DNA from: Octopus vulgaris | Lineage: Eukaryota | Assembly: GCA_951406725.2 (NCBI GenBank) | Contig: OX597824.1 | Coordinates: forward strand, 52,514,001-52,578,000 | Reading direction: 5' to 3' | Length of the DNA: 64,000 bases | In this document: one piece after another, positions 1 through 13,509 of the stretch | Position numbering within the stretch: the first letter of the stretch is position 1 | Layout of the letters: each line of letters starts with the position of its first letter | Notes under the pieces: model-generated | Seen by the model: the letters and a program-made list of their open reading frames with translations, nothing else | What the model was told of the DNA's origin: nothing | The model's database searches: none | Translations under genes and position numbers: made by a program

Positions 1-189
1 GTGGTAAAAAATTCCCTTATATTTATGTATGTAATACATATTTTTATATGCTAGACCATTGGCGTTAAAATTGATGTTATCAAATTAATATCCAATTTTC
101 ACCCTCATTTTGATTTTATATTAATGTATATATATTTGTATATAGTAATGTATATATATTAAATATACGCATACACAAATACGCGCATA

Positions 190-260
190 CATACATGCAC
201 ACACATACACATACATACATACATACATACATACATACATACATACATACATACATACAT
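190..260. repeat. (TACA)n microsatellite
   Basis: Direct tandem repeat visible in the sequence. Confidence 0.95.
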
Positions 261-1184
261 AAAGAAGAATTCCCAACTATCCAAACCGGATATTGATACT
301 ATTTTAGCTGCTAGGAATACAATTGTTTAACTTAGTGAAAATTTTACTCATCGGGGCAGACCTGATGGTATCAATATAACAATGGGATCGAATGACTACA
401 CAAGTTATTAATCCCGTTGGTATATACATTCTAGTTTGCATCAAAAACGAGGTCCGAAAAATAGGTGACTGTCAAAATAGGGTTACTGTAAATACAGAAA
501 CGATGTTGCAAATTTTAATTTAGACAACAATGAAAATATTTCCGGCTATAATATTATTGTTACTATCAATCTGGCTCAACTGGGAATTGTCGTTAGCCGA
601 ATCTGGGAAAAGTTGCCAGTGTTATTAATAGGGGCGTCTCAATTACTCTTAAATCATTTCTCCAAAACCAAAATCCGAACCCTTCTATTTCACAAAACAG
701 TCGTGTAGCTAATGGATTAAATAGGAACACTAAGCTTTGTGACAATCTAATTTCAGTAACTTATATAATAGTAATCGAATTTTCTAAATCGGCTCAATAA
801 ATTTTGACCCAACATGAATATTACTACTGATCCTGCAACTCTCGCCACCCAAATACCTCCAGTAACAATATAACCAGTAATTCTCCACTACCTAAGACAC
901 TTTATGTGTAACTGTAGAGTTCGATACAATTTCCCTTTGCGTTACCAGTACATAAAGAGAAATATATACTATATAAATGTTTCTTCTAGACACCAGATAA
1001 AGTGTACAGTTACAACAGTACTACAGTGTCAAAATCTACATTGACCTGAAGTAATCATATACATTCTAGTATATGAATCATCCGTTTCTTATCTTGCTCC
1101 TAACTTCCTTCATGATTTCCACTTCCATATTTTACTATCTTGCATAAGCAATTACTGATAGAGTATACCATTTATATTTTACCT

Positions 1185-1330
1185 CTTTCAGTTATTGGAC
1201 TGCGGCCATGCTGGGGTTCGGCCTTAGTCGAAAAAATCAGCCCCTGAACTTAAGACCCAAGGACGTACACACAGCAGCTCTGGTTGTCAAGCGGTGGGAT
1301 GAAGGACAAGCACAAAGACACATACATATA
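1185..1330 (-). mobile_element. SINE family I, 3' fragment
   Basis: tttcagt..ctgcggccatgctgg..ttagtcga..ggttgtcaagcg matches the full copies at 5548-6020 and 42020-42413. Confidence 0.7.
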
Positions 1331-1489
1331 CACACTTATACAAATACACACATACACACAAACACACACAAATACATAAGCATTTATATGAAATATATGA
1401 TAAACAAATGAGGTGAATACATTTGTTTTCTAGGCACGTTTCTCTTTGTCGCTATTTGTTTCTTCTGTGGTGTGTGTTAACGCAGAACC

Positions 1490-1631
1490 ACTGTATATAT
1501 ATATATACATCTGTGTGTGCGCGGGCGTGTGTGTGTGCGTGCGTATGTTCAAGTATAAACAATTTTTTCAGTTCATAAATGTTTATCTTTGTGTATTTAT
1601 GCATATATATATACATATATATATATATATA

Positions 1632-1677
<46 letters not shown>

Positions 1678-1890
1678 TTTATACATGCATACATAAATAT
1701 ATGTGTGTATATGTATGTATTTGTAAATGTATATACATGTAAGAAACTGTATACAATTATACATGCATTCACATATATATAGATATATAGCCAGATAGAC
1801 TGATAGATTGGCACACAGACTGTCAGTCGGATGGACGGATGGACGCATAGATAGATAGATAGATAGACAGATAGATAGATAGATAGATAT

Positions 1891-1965
<75 letters not shown>
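1490..1965. repeat. Compound (TA)n/(TG)n/(GATA)n microsatellite
   Basis: Visible directly; explains the YIYI/SIYL ORFs. Confidence 0.95.
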
Positions 1966-1966
<1 letters not shown>

Positions 1967-2139
1967 CTTCCTTTATTGGCCGCACAGGGTTGAACATAGA
2001 GGAGACAAGTACAATGTAGATTTTTTTTTCTTTTCGAGGGGAGCGAAAACAAATAAAGTAAAAAAAAAAATAGAGACAACGATCAAAAGGGATCGAAATC
2101 TTTTTGGATATACACAAAAAAGTCGAAATAATACAAAAA

Positions 2140-3674
2140 GTTCACAGTGGCCATCCTACTCGTTATCTCGCCCCAGTTCTTCTCTGTTTGGAGGCCCGGA
2201 CCGAACCAGACCCCGAGCAACTTGACCGGCTCATCCGTCCAGCGTCCCGCTACTGCGGCCATGCTGGACGGCATGGGCTTACTTCTCCAGGTGCCGAGCC
2301 ACAAGCCCACTGACTCTTCCCGGTTGATTTTCGCTCTCGTCACCGCTTAGTAGTCTTTCAGTGTTTCGCCGACCAGCTCTATGTGCTCGTGGCTAGATAC
2401 TCTGACGGTGACGTCGTCCGCGTATGCGATTTGTCCCTCGAACATCTTGCCATCGCGTCCCTCACTTCCGCCGCCGTGGCAGACTGTGCAGATAGGCACT
2501 GAAGTCCACCCTGCGTTCTCGCTCGCCACTCGTCCCGAACAGTCGGGCAAAATGCTGCTGAAACACCTCGCACATCTTGCCGGGCTCGAGCAATTCGCGA
2601 CCCTGTTCATCTACCAGAGACCGAATGGTGGTTTTGTTGCCCCGTTTCGACTCCGCCACCTGGGCCTCTCGCGTGGCTCCGACACTTCCGTTCCTTAGAG
2701 CACTCATCCTAACTCAGACAACACACCCTTCGTGTTTGGCGTTGAAGTGTTGGCCTAGGGCCAAACTCGCCGCCAAAAGGTCGGGTGCGATACCGCTTCT
2801 TATCGCCTCTTCTAACTTCTTAACTAGCTCACCCTTTAACTCTATCTATGGCTAGTGCTTTGCTATATCTAATCGCTTCCGCTTTTACTGCTCTCTTAAG
2901 GGCAAACCGCCATTTGCTGTTGATGATAGCTCCCGTCAAAGCCCTCTTTAATAGCGTGCTAATTCGGTCTCTAAAACCCTGTCTCGACGGGAAAGACGCG
3001 TTCAGTTTCCAGTAACTGGGGCCCTGCTTATGTGCCTTATCTAAGTCTAGCGTACACGTCACAAGTTTGTGATCCGTGTAGCTGACTATGTGGAATTGTG
3101 GACATCCTAAGCTATCCCTATACTGTCCTACACAGTATCCTATCTAGATACGATCTCGACGACCCAATGCGGTTACTCCATGTCCACGTTGGCGCATTTG
3201 GGTGGTCGAGTCGGTACCTATCAGACAGCTGAAAGCGTAGTCTAGATGCATGTCCAAAGTAGCATTCCAATCCCCCACTAAATGTAAAGGACGAGACGTT
3301 CCTAGGAGTACTCTAGACGTCGAAAGGAATCCGGCCAACCTGTTAAATGCAGTGCTTAGACTGCTAGGAGTCGAAAAGCGCACCCATCGCTGCCGTCGAC
3401 ATCTAGGACAAATATTCTACCCACCGGGTCTACGAATATCGTCTTTACTTCGAGATCCAGACTCTTGCGAAAAAGTATCGCCCATCCTCGGCAGGGAGAC
3501 AAATAAATGTTAAGATATCCGCCAAACATGGACTTTAGCTGTCCCTGGTTCACGGAGTCTGGTCTTACTTATGGCTATGATTCCCAAATCGTGTGACTTT
3601 ATGTCATTTAATAGGTACCCTTGTTACCAAAGGAACCCCAAGCCACGCGCATTCACACAACCAATCTTGACCAT
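2140..3674 (-). pseudogene. LINE ORF2 (APE endonuclease + RT), disrupted and deleted
   Basis: MVKIGCVNARGL start, LVGDWNA, YLDR, TDH, GPSYWKLNAS, AYADDVTV, KLLGVWFG motifs in broken frames. Confidence 0.88.
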
Positions 3675-3678
3675 GATC

Positions 3679-5252
3679 CTATTGAGTTGTGTGCTTTAAA
3701 ACACTTACCGTTCGAAAGTTTTGTCTCCTACTTTGATTTTTCGTCAAGGAGGCTGTTGTAATGTTTATGGCTGTGAGCATCGTTTTCGTGGTGTTGGTAT
3801 TGTTTGTATTAGAGTTGGAAATGTCTTCGGGAGTTGTGTATCTCCCTGCTTTGTTGGTGTTTGCCTTTGTTCTATTTTTGTTCCTCTTCCTCCTTCTTTT
3901 CTGGCTATTTGCCATTCCTCACTACTTTAGTCTTCCGAGGAAAGTTCTGAGGAATCGGAAAAGGGTAAGGGCATGTTATAAGCGTATGTGTGTGTTTCTG
4001 TAAGTGGGTGTGTTGTTGTTTTCGTTTGGTTGTTGGCTATTTGTGTTAGGTATATGCGATATATGGGAGGGGGAATCAGTTTTTACATCTGCTTTTGTTT
4101 TTCCTGTATCTTCACTTCTTGGTGTTTTTCCAGGAATTGTTTTGTTGTCGATCATTTGTGTTGTTTTTATTGTCTTTCGTGTTGAAGCTAGTGTGGGTAG
4201 CAAGGGTTTTTTTCCCAGGTTGTGTTAGTGGTTGTTGTTGCTGTTCTTGTTTTTTGGCGGCAGTTGGACAATCATTTTTCAGATGTGTCACGCTCTTACA
4301 CAAATAGCACCGTGGCCTCCTGCCCTCTACCACTACATACAACTTGTGTCCTCCTGCCAATTGAATACTTGTGGGTAATTTATCGATCGATTCTTGGTCG
4401 ATCTGTGAGAGAATTTCTAGCTTTTTTCCCACCCAGTTTTGCTGTTCAAGGACAGCAATTTCTAAAATATTAGCTTCCTCCATTTCGAAGCAGATAGTAA
4501 CCATTATGTCTCTACCTCTGAAGGTACATTCTTTATTGTTACCTTCGTCACTCTTTGCCCAAGATAGCTGGGTATCATTATCAACTGGTCTGTTCGAAGG
4601 GTGAGTGTAGAGAATTGTTTTGCTAAGTTTTCACTGTGGAAACGAACTTGAACAGTGACAAATTGATGCCACCAATTGATGTATTTTTTATGCTGCCATA
4701 CAGGGCGAATGTATTTTCAATTTTTCCTGAGCTGCGTTCTCGGGTTTTTCATTTTTGCACTCAATATTTTGTAGGTGATGGTTTTTTTGTGTTTGTTCTA
4801 ATATGTTCTGTGGGGTGTGTAAGTGTAAAGTTTCGCCTTCTTTGTGGAGCTGTGTTTTTCTTTCTTTTATTTGTTGGGCAGTGAACGATACAATTGTTTT
4901 TTTTTTATCTTATCACATCAGCGAAATTTGTATTTTCTTTTTTGGTGGTGGTAGTGTTGGTGGCAGAGGTGTCAATCGTAGCAGCTGAAGGTGAAGTTGT
5001 AGTGGTAGTGTTGGTATTTTCTTTCGTGGAGGTCATGGTCGACGGCTTTGCGACGATATCTTTGTTGGTGGTGTTGGTGGTGGTGGTGTTGGCATTCATG
5101 TTTACATTTGTATTTGTTTGTGTGAGATTTCTCTGTTCCTTCCTTCTTTCATGAATTTGTGGTGAAGGCAGTGGGGTAAAATCAATGTCAAACGATTTGC
5201 CAAAGAGACTGGCGTTCGTTACAAAACTGTCTTCATGGCTTGAAAACGCCAT
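3679..5252 (-). pseudogene. LINE ORF1 (gag-like), disrupted
   Basis: Starts MAFSSHEDSF (ATG 5252), has Thr/Asn-rich low-complexity segments and the zinc knuckle RRPRCYLCKSVTHLKNDC; multiple frameshifts; stop at 3679 just before ORF2. Confidence 0.75.
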
Positions 5253-5547
5253 CCTCGAATCAAAAATGGCTGAGAAAGCCGAAAACAAATTCACAAAATC
5301 AAGAAACACGACACGCAGAGCAGGTTTCCCGTGCAAACAATTTGCACGATCGAATCTATTAGTTGTTGCACAACTTTTACATATAAAATATTATACAATA
5401 CACACTTTTCAACGCAAAAAAGCAAACTTACTCGGAGTCGATGTGACTGCCGTCCGTCCATAAGATAGATAGGTACATAGATAGGTAGATAGATAGATAT
5501 CTACGGTATATATATATATTTATACATAATATATATATATATATATT

Positions 5548-6020
<473 letters not shown>

Positions 6021-6203
6021 TATATATATAGGTGGCTTATTAGCAATTTAACAACCTAAAAGCAAATTTATAGACGTTACTAAAGTGACAAAGGATACTA
6101 AGTGATATCGGCATTACTAGAAGTAAGAGTCAAAGCGACTCACGAGCCACAACATCACTATCTCCATAACTGACAATTGAGATAAGCTCCCTTTGCGGAT
6201 ATA

Positions 6204-6261
6204 GCCATATCACCGGGGATTTCGAATTTTGATGCAGAGCATCTTAATTCTTATCGGCGAC
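6204..6261 (-). ncRNA. Degenerate type-I hammerhead-like motif
   Basis: GUCG-CCGAUAA-GAAUU AA GAUGC UCU GCAUC AA AAUUC-GAAA-UCCCCGGUGA-UA-UGGC, folded by hand. Confidence 0.55.
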
Positions 6262-6439
6262 CCTTACCGTGCCTAAGGTTAAACTCAACTCACCTTCTCA
6301 ACTTATAAGAAAACCGTTGAACTCATAGCCTGATTCCAAAAACGGTAAAAGTGAAAACTATAAATATGTATGTATGTATGTATTTATGTATGCATGTATG
6401 TATGTATGTATGTATGTATAAATATAAATATGAATGTAA

Positions 6440-6470
<31 letters not shown>

Positions 6471-6665
6471 TACATGTGTGTGTGTGTGTATGTATGTATA
6501 TATGTTTGTATTCATGTATAGGGGATATTTGGCTGATAGATACTACTAATTCTCAAGAACGAGATTCATGCTTTGCTGATGAACAAGGTTAAATATGACA
6601 TATCGGCCAAAAGCTTACTTAAAGAGCTTTTGATATTACGATATTTAGTAACCCAAAATATAGTA

Positions 6666-6695
6666 GACGCATGACTTAGTGGACACTGATAAGAA

Positions 6696-6758
<63 letters not shown>

Positions 6759-7022
6759 ACTCGCAGTCGAGGGGTCGCGGGTTCGAATCCTAGACCGAGC
6801 GATGTGTGTGTTTATGAGCGGAATACCTAAGCTCTACACGGCTCCGGCAGAAGGTAATGATGAACTTCTGCTGACTCTTTCATCACAATTTTCTCTCACT
6901 CTTTCCTTCTGCATCTTGCAGCTCACCTGCGACGGACCGGCGTCCCGTCCAGGTGGGGAGCCTATATGCCAAAGAAACCGGGAAACCGGCTCTTATGAGC
7001 CAGGCGTGGCTTGAGAAGGAAC
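6666..7022 (+). mobile_element. tRNA-derived SINE family III (V-SINE-like body); head split by a (TA)n insertion
   Basis: A box-like TGACTTAGTGG at ~6672 and B box GGTTCGAATCC at ~6780; CCTGCGACGGACCGGCGTCCCGTCCAGG resembles a V-SINE core; related head at 37440-37556. Confidence 0.65.
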
Positions 7023-7039
7023 ACACAATATATATGTGT

Positions 7040-7084
<45 letters not shown>

Positions 7085-7089
<5 letters not shown>

Positions 7090-8345
7090 GAAAAGAGTGA
7101 AAAAACTACAGAAGGCTTGTTTTATAAGGTTAAAAAATATATTTAAGTCGTTATGTTAGAAAAATGTTATAAAATGTTGTGTATAGTAACATAGTTTTGG
7201 GAGAAATAACCGGTTTCGTGTATACTTTTCAAATTTCTTTACCTACATCGTGTCATGTCTTCGTTATGTTATGAAAAGAAGAGTTCCAGGCAGGGGAGGG
7301 TAATCAGGGGTTTCTTCCGGTATAAGGGAGATAATCGCTTTATATTTTTTTCTTTTTTTTCAATGAGATAAGTTTCTTTGTATAAGAATGTTAGGATGGT
7401 TAAGTTTAGGTTTATATCTTTCAATGAAGAATGTTTCCTTGTTTAATCTAATTTGTGTTGGTGTTCCAATAGCACATTGATAGAATGGAAAGATTAAAAA
7501 TGGTGGTAGTAGTTGCACATTTCTCAATATGCTCACTAAAGGGTATCATTCTGTATCCTGCGAATGCAATCTGTTGTCGATGCAGAGTGCATTTGCGTCT
7601 GAGTGATAATCCCGTGGATCTTACATAGTTTTGGTGGCAGCCCGAGCATCTTATGACATAAATTATGTTTTCTGAAGCACAAGAAGGTTTGGGCATGTTG
7701 CGGTTTGGTCTACCACATTTTTTTACTTTTGCATCCGTAATTTCAGAAAGCAATTTTGCCTTTGTGAGGATCTTTTTTAGTGATTTAGGTTGTTTGTAGC
7801 TTTTAATGATTTTATGTATGTTTAGAATTTCCTTTAATTTGGGTCCCTTATGAAGCGTTGGTAAATTCTGGGTGATGATGGTGAAGGCTTCTTTGTTTCT
7901 GGGGTTGTATGTGAATATGTAAGACAGTATTTTCGGGGAAGGTGTGTTGCTGTGTTGAACTTTTCTCAAAGTTTCTATGTCGATTTGTGTTGCACGTCTG
8001 ATTCCATCCTCTATGAGTTGAACTGGGTAGTGTCTGCTAGTTAGGATGTTTTTGAGTTCTTGTAGTTTAAAGTTTCTGGTATTTTGTTCTGAAAATATTG
8101 TGCATATCCTTCTTGCAAGGTTGAAAGGTATGTTTGTTTTAGTGTGTCTTGGGTGGCATGAATCAAAAAGTAGGTATTGTTTGGCGTCTGTGGTTTTGTA
8201 AAATATGTCTGTTTCTATTTAGGTTATTATTTTTAATTAGTATATCTAAGAATGGAAGCTCCTTTTGGTTGTACTCCATTGTGAACTATATATTTGAGTT
8301 GACGCTGTTCAATAGGTTTTTGAATTTTAGGAATTTATCTGTGTT
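7085..8345 (-). mobile_element. Penelope-like element, 5'-truncated (RT thumb + GIY-YIG endonuclease + 3' pLTR)
   Basis: LPFLDI, TDIFYKTTD..YLLFDSCHPRHTKTNIPF..ARRI, and the GIY-YIG-type NIIYVIRCSGCHQNYVRST motif. Confidence 0.9.
7202..7238 (-). ncRNA. Minimal type-I hammerhead ribozyme in a PLE 3' region
   Basis: AGAAAU-UUGAAAA-GU AUAC AC-GAAA-CCGG-UU-AUUUCU: 6-bp stem I, U3:A8 core, palindromic stem III, on the sense strand of the PLE. Confidence 0.7.
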
Positions 8346-8847
8346 TATCTGAGTTTATCTGAATGAAAACACAAACTCTTGAATTAGAAGCTACTGCAGG
8401 ATATGTTCCCACTCTAGACGGGATAGCTGGGACCTTTGGAACAGTGCAATGACATCCATTTTGAGCGTTAGTATAGCTCTTAACCCGAAGTTTGGTACCA
8501 ACCCCGCCAGGATCATCCATACGTATATTACTGCATACCTCTCTAGGGAGTGGAGTCGGAGCTCTTTCAGTCTCTCCTAGTTCCATTCAACAGTTCCATT
8601 CATGCAATCTTCATCGCTGAACGGGCTCAGGTTTCACTATTAATTTGACACTAGGGTGAGCACAGTTGAGAGCAATAGTCCAGACGGCTAAGTGCAAATG
8701 TCCTCCAGAGAACCAGCAACGTTTGCTAGTCCTTTGTTCTGACGTTTCTCAGAATCCATTCGGCCGTTCGCTTCTACATTGCCACCATCTCGTTGTGTAA
8801 GTGAAAAGAGGCGTCGTTGCCCGTAGTAATCCCCCCACCCCCACCCC

Positions 8848-8908
<61 letters not shown>

Positions 8909-9029
8909 TTACACTAGACATGCATATCTGTGTGGTCTGATATATGTTTCTGTACTTGTGTACTATTGTGTCCGTGTGTATCCGTGTATCCTAGTGCGTG
9001 TGTGTGATCAATATCTAAAAACACATTTA

Positions 9030-9240
9030 AGGCGGCGAGCTGGCGGAATTATTAGCACGCCGAGCAAAATGCTTAGTGGCATTACATCTGTTTATATATT
9101 CTCAGTTCAAATGCTGCTGAGGTTGTCTTCGCCTTTTCATCTTTTCGAGATCGATAAAGTAAGTACCAGTTGAGCACTGGGGCCGATGTAAGTGACTTGC
9201 CCCTCCCAGAAATTGCTATCCTTGTGCCAAAATTTTAAAG
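9030..9240 (+). mobile_element. SINE family II (Meta-domain-like), monomer
   Basis: AAGGCGGCGAGCTGGCGGAA head and GCCTTTTCATCTTTTCGAGATCGATAAAGTAAGTACCAG core; many copies in the window. Confidence 0.85.
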
Positions 9241-9860
9241 CAATATGTGAAAACATATAACGAGTAAATCGGATTAATCGAAGATAATCTGAACCATTGA
9301 AGAAAGAGGAATGAAAAACAGAAAGAAATTAGATGAATAAATGAATGAATGAATGAATGAGAGATGGAAAAACGAAAGAGAGAAGGAGAATAAAGAGAGA
9401 AAAAGCTAGAAAAGGAAAAATTTAAGTCAAATACCAGCAATTCCGACATTTAATTGCATAATTTAGTAAGATAAGATTTTCAAATGTTTTTTCGTCTGCT
9501 GCTGAAAATAGTTGATTCCGTGTTGCTATGGAGTTTAAATGATTTTTAATATAAGCTGGCTGGTGCTTTTTCCCTTTAGATCGCTACTACAGTCATCGAA
9601 CTTAAATTTCATAATGCAAATTACTGCGACTTTTGTTTTATCTAATAGAATACATGGTATGAATAGGGGAAAATGCCTGCTTAAGTCTATATAAATGTGT
9701 GTGTGTGTGTGTAAATGTATGCCTATGTATATATAAATGCATGTATGCATATATGTGTGTAGAAAGACAGAGACAGTGAGAGACAGACATAGGCAGATAT
9801 AAATAGATAGATAGACAGACAGACAGACAGGTAGATAGATAGTTAGATAGATAGATAGAT

Positions 9861-9906
<46 letters not shown>

Positions 9907-11187
9907 GGATGTACTTAGACATACACATGCGCGTGCACACGCATACGTACACATGCACTCATACGTATACATATATATTTACATGAATACTCCTATTCAT
10001 TTACAGACGTGTGTGTGTGTGTGCCACATAAAATGATTAGCTAAGAGAAGATAGGCTCAACAGGCCAATATCATTATTAACTTAAATACAAAGTCGGTCG
10101 AGGCTAACTGAATGTCATGCACAAAAAGCGTTAATTATCATCGATTCTGTTGTCCACATTCATACCTTTTGTCCCTTTGAGGTATGTAAGCTTCCTTACT
10201 CTCAGTTATGTAAATTCTTATTGGCAAAGAAATTAATGAACACTTCTTTATATATTAAAGTGTCCATGTTAACACAAATTTGAGAACTATGCAATGTAAA
10301 TGAGGTGAAAGAGAGGTCGAAATTTGCCCATAGCTGTCATTTGTCTCTGAAACGAAATTTAGATTGTCACTTTTTTCCAAATGCTAAATTCTAAATTTCT
10401 TTAAATTACCTACTCTTCCCCTTCAAAGTGACTTGTAATTATCGCTAGGTTTTCTTTCCACGTCTATCAATTCTATTGTTTGTGTTTGTGCGTATATATA
10501 CATATATATATAAACATCATCGACCGCACATACTCAATGTAGGTTTGGCTTGTTCACCGGTAGGCTGCGGTTTCATCCGGTGGGATGGCTGTCGGTGTAT
10601 ATATATATCGTATTTGGATTTGGCAACCTTATTAATAGTTTTGACTGTCCGTTATTCACACTGCGGTTTTTTAGTTTGTTTGTGCGCATGTGTGTGTGTG
10701 TGTGTGTGCCTCTGTCTCCTTGTGTGTGTATGTCTGAATGTGTGTGTATGTTTTGCAATCATGTACCGTGTTTGTATATACGGATGTGTATCTCCATATG
10801 TGTCCTTGTGTGAAGTAAAGTGTGTGTGTATACATGGTCATGTGTTTCAATCTTCATTTGTGTATGAGTGTGTATGTGTGCTTGTTTGTTCATATAACCT
10901 ATGTACCTATCCGTCTGTATGTTGACCTGTTTACTTCCATATCCATATGCTTACATACATGTGGTATATACATATATATACATACACCCACACACACATA
11001 CACTCATCTATCTACATAACAGCCCACTAACAATTCTACTCTACCTGTGTAAACTGTGGATATGGAGGGTGTGATATCTACTATATATATTTTCGATTTG
11101 GTATTGGGGGAGTTTCATTTATGAGGACGTACTCCTGTATTTGTCTCAGTGTTGGGTCCCTTAGGTGCTTGGATAAGATGACATCCA

Positions 11188-11292
11188 CTAAGTTACGGGG
11201 ATGTAAACACTCCAACATCGGTTGTCAAGCGATGGCAAGAGGACAAACACAGACACAAAGACACGCGCACACATAAATATAAACACACACAC

Positions 11293-11359
<67 letters not shown>

Positions 11360-11609
11360 ATCCAAACAAGAAAACACAAAAAAACACAACAACGCGAGGA
11401 CGTGGAACAAATATATATATATATAACAAATAAGAACATCGAGAAGCACATTAGTTGGTTCATCAGTATTAGTATATTAAAATGTTGACAGACGGCCTTA
11501 TTTCAGTTTCTGTCTACCAAATCCACTTGCAAGGTGCCACGCAGTGGGACTGAACCTGGAACCATGTGGTTGAAAAGCAAGCTTCTTACCACACAGCCGC
11601 GCCTGCGGC
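11188..11609 (-). mobile_element. SINE family I, interrupted
   Basis: Body at 11188-11300 and head at 11490-11609 match other copies; insertion within its internal (TA)n. Confidence 0.85.
11356..11420 (-). mobile_element. PLE terminal-repeat 3' tip inserted in (TA)n
   Basis: gttaatccaaac..caacaacgcgaggacgtggaacaaa is the reverse complement homologue of 49250-49328, which terminates the PLE at 46.6-49.3 kb. Confidence 0.55.
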
Positions 11610-11633
11610 TATATACATACATACATACATACA

Positions 11634-11711
<78 letters not shown>

Positions 11712-12846
11712 TGCGTGATCTATCTATATAATTGTGTGTGTGTGTGTGTGTGCTTGCGTGTATGCCGGCTCACGCACACACTCGGGAGCAAGAAAAGTAA
11801 GAGTTAAAGAATGTTTGGGCAGAAATACGCCAGAGAATCATAGATCTCAAGAAAAACATTCTGGTAATATCGATTTACTTGTAACAGCTTTAATCTACGC
11901 CATTTATAAACTATTTAACCATTTAAAATTTAATGATACGTGACTTACAAGACACCCAGTTGTAAATTTTATGTTGTAGGCTTAAGAAGAAGGAAAAAGA
12001 AAAGTCCTTAACTAATTTAAGAACTTAAAACTTTCACTTATACAAGAGAAATTAAGAAATACTTGTAAAGTTATATTGATGAAGAATGATACTCCAGTTT
12101 TAATGCTTTCATTGTCATATTTTGCTATAAATCCAAAACCTTTCGTCTGGGCCAATAAATTTTCAGGTCGACAAACTTTTGTTTTTCTCTTCTAGGGGGA
12201 ATTTTTCGAAGAGTTGTTACTTTATGAAAGGCGATAGTCATGGCAAGATTACTGTGACTACTTCGGTTTACGTTAATACCTCATACTTGAAAAGCTTGTA
12301 ATTGTCAAAATGTCATACTTGAAAAGCTTGTAGACGGAATAATTAAAATTTTCTACCCATATTCAGAAAGAGACATTGTCACAACGATCATTATGTAGAT
12401 GCGCGTACAGACACAAGCAAATATATACGCGCAGCCAGGAAGAAATAATTTATACAGCCCTGACACTAACTTTAACTACAAAACTACTCAAACTGCTCAC
12501 TAAATTGATCATGCCTTTGCTAGATGATGAAACAGAGGGCTAGGTTAATTCACAAATATGGTATCGTTAAGAAATATACAGCATAGCAAGTACCTATGCA
12601 TCCAAGACATTCACGCGTTCATGTCAAACAACAAAGACAATTCTACGTCATTTAGAAATTAAAGGAACGTCGCATAACACGTTCCGAAAACCTAAAGCAT
12701 TGTGGGTAGAGTAACCATCTCATACAATAACAGGGGTAGACATTAACGATTGTACTAAATTAAAAATTACAGACCCTGAAACTTCAGTGAAAGTTGCAGA
12801 GCAATTGTAGCCATACATACTCAGTTATCTTATCATTTTGTAACGG

Positions 12847-12916
<70 letters not shown>

Positions 12917-13089
12917 GCAACAACAACAACAACAAGTATACCACCACTACAACATTAAAACAGACAATAAAATATGCCAACATTACAACATTAAAACTAG
13001 CAATAAAAGTAGTTATTTCCACCGGATAATGTGCCAGCGCTACAACATTAAAATTGACAATAAATCGTATAAACATGTACCAAACAACG

Positions 13090-13480
13090 TAGAAGACAAC
13101 GACCAGGCCACAATAATCTTGAATATGCCGATTCAAGCCGACAAAGAAATAAAAGCTAATCGCCCAGACATAGTAATCAAAGATTGGGAGGGAAATACCT
13201 GCTTACTGGTTAACATTTCAGTCCTTTCTGATCAAAATATTGCCCCAAGTGAAGTGGAGAAATTGTCAAAGTAAAAAATCTCGAAATTGAAGTATCCAAG
13301 ATACGAAGCAAGAAAATGATAACAATACTAGCGATAATTGAATGATTTAAAAATATGTGAACAAAAAAGTGGAAGCTACATCTGGATCCTCAGCACTATA
13401 CACTATCCAAAAAATAGCCCTGCTAGGAACAGCCCACATCCTACGCAAGATATCTTCATTGGCTCTTATGCCGTAAATAC
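13090..13480 (+). mobile_element. R4/Dong-type LINE 3' fragment (RLE domain)
   Basis: DKEIKANRPDIVIKD..EVEKLSK and IQKIALLGTAHILRK-like tail. Confidence 0.8.
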
Positions 13481-13509
13481 CAATATGAAGTAACAAAGAA
13501 TTGGTATGA

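Larger units (their letters stand above)
1966..5460 (-). mobile_element. Tx1/L1-clade non-LTR retrotransposon, internally deleted, flanked by (GATA)n
   Basis: ORF1 with CCHC knuckle, APE endonuclease and RT motifs. The 3' end reads AATAAAggaagtt then (ATCT)n, and the 5' end abuts degenerate GATA repeats. Confidence 0.9.

Noticed and set aside
308-362. Hammerhead-like CCGAUGA..UAAA-CAAUUG-UA on the minus strand
   Set aside because: Stem I does not pair directly, stem II is poor and two core positions differ
1446-2117. Long ORFs rich in YI/CV/HT/SIYL/poly-I, poly-N or poly-K, here and throughout the window
   Set aside because: They are translations of microsatellites with no coding signal
10555-10600. 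Hairpin-GAAA-CCGCAG motif on the minus strand
   Set aside because: No recognisable CUGANGA core or NUH site
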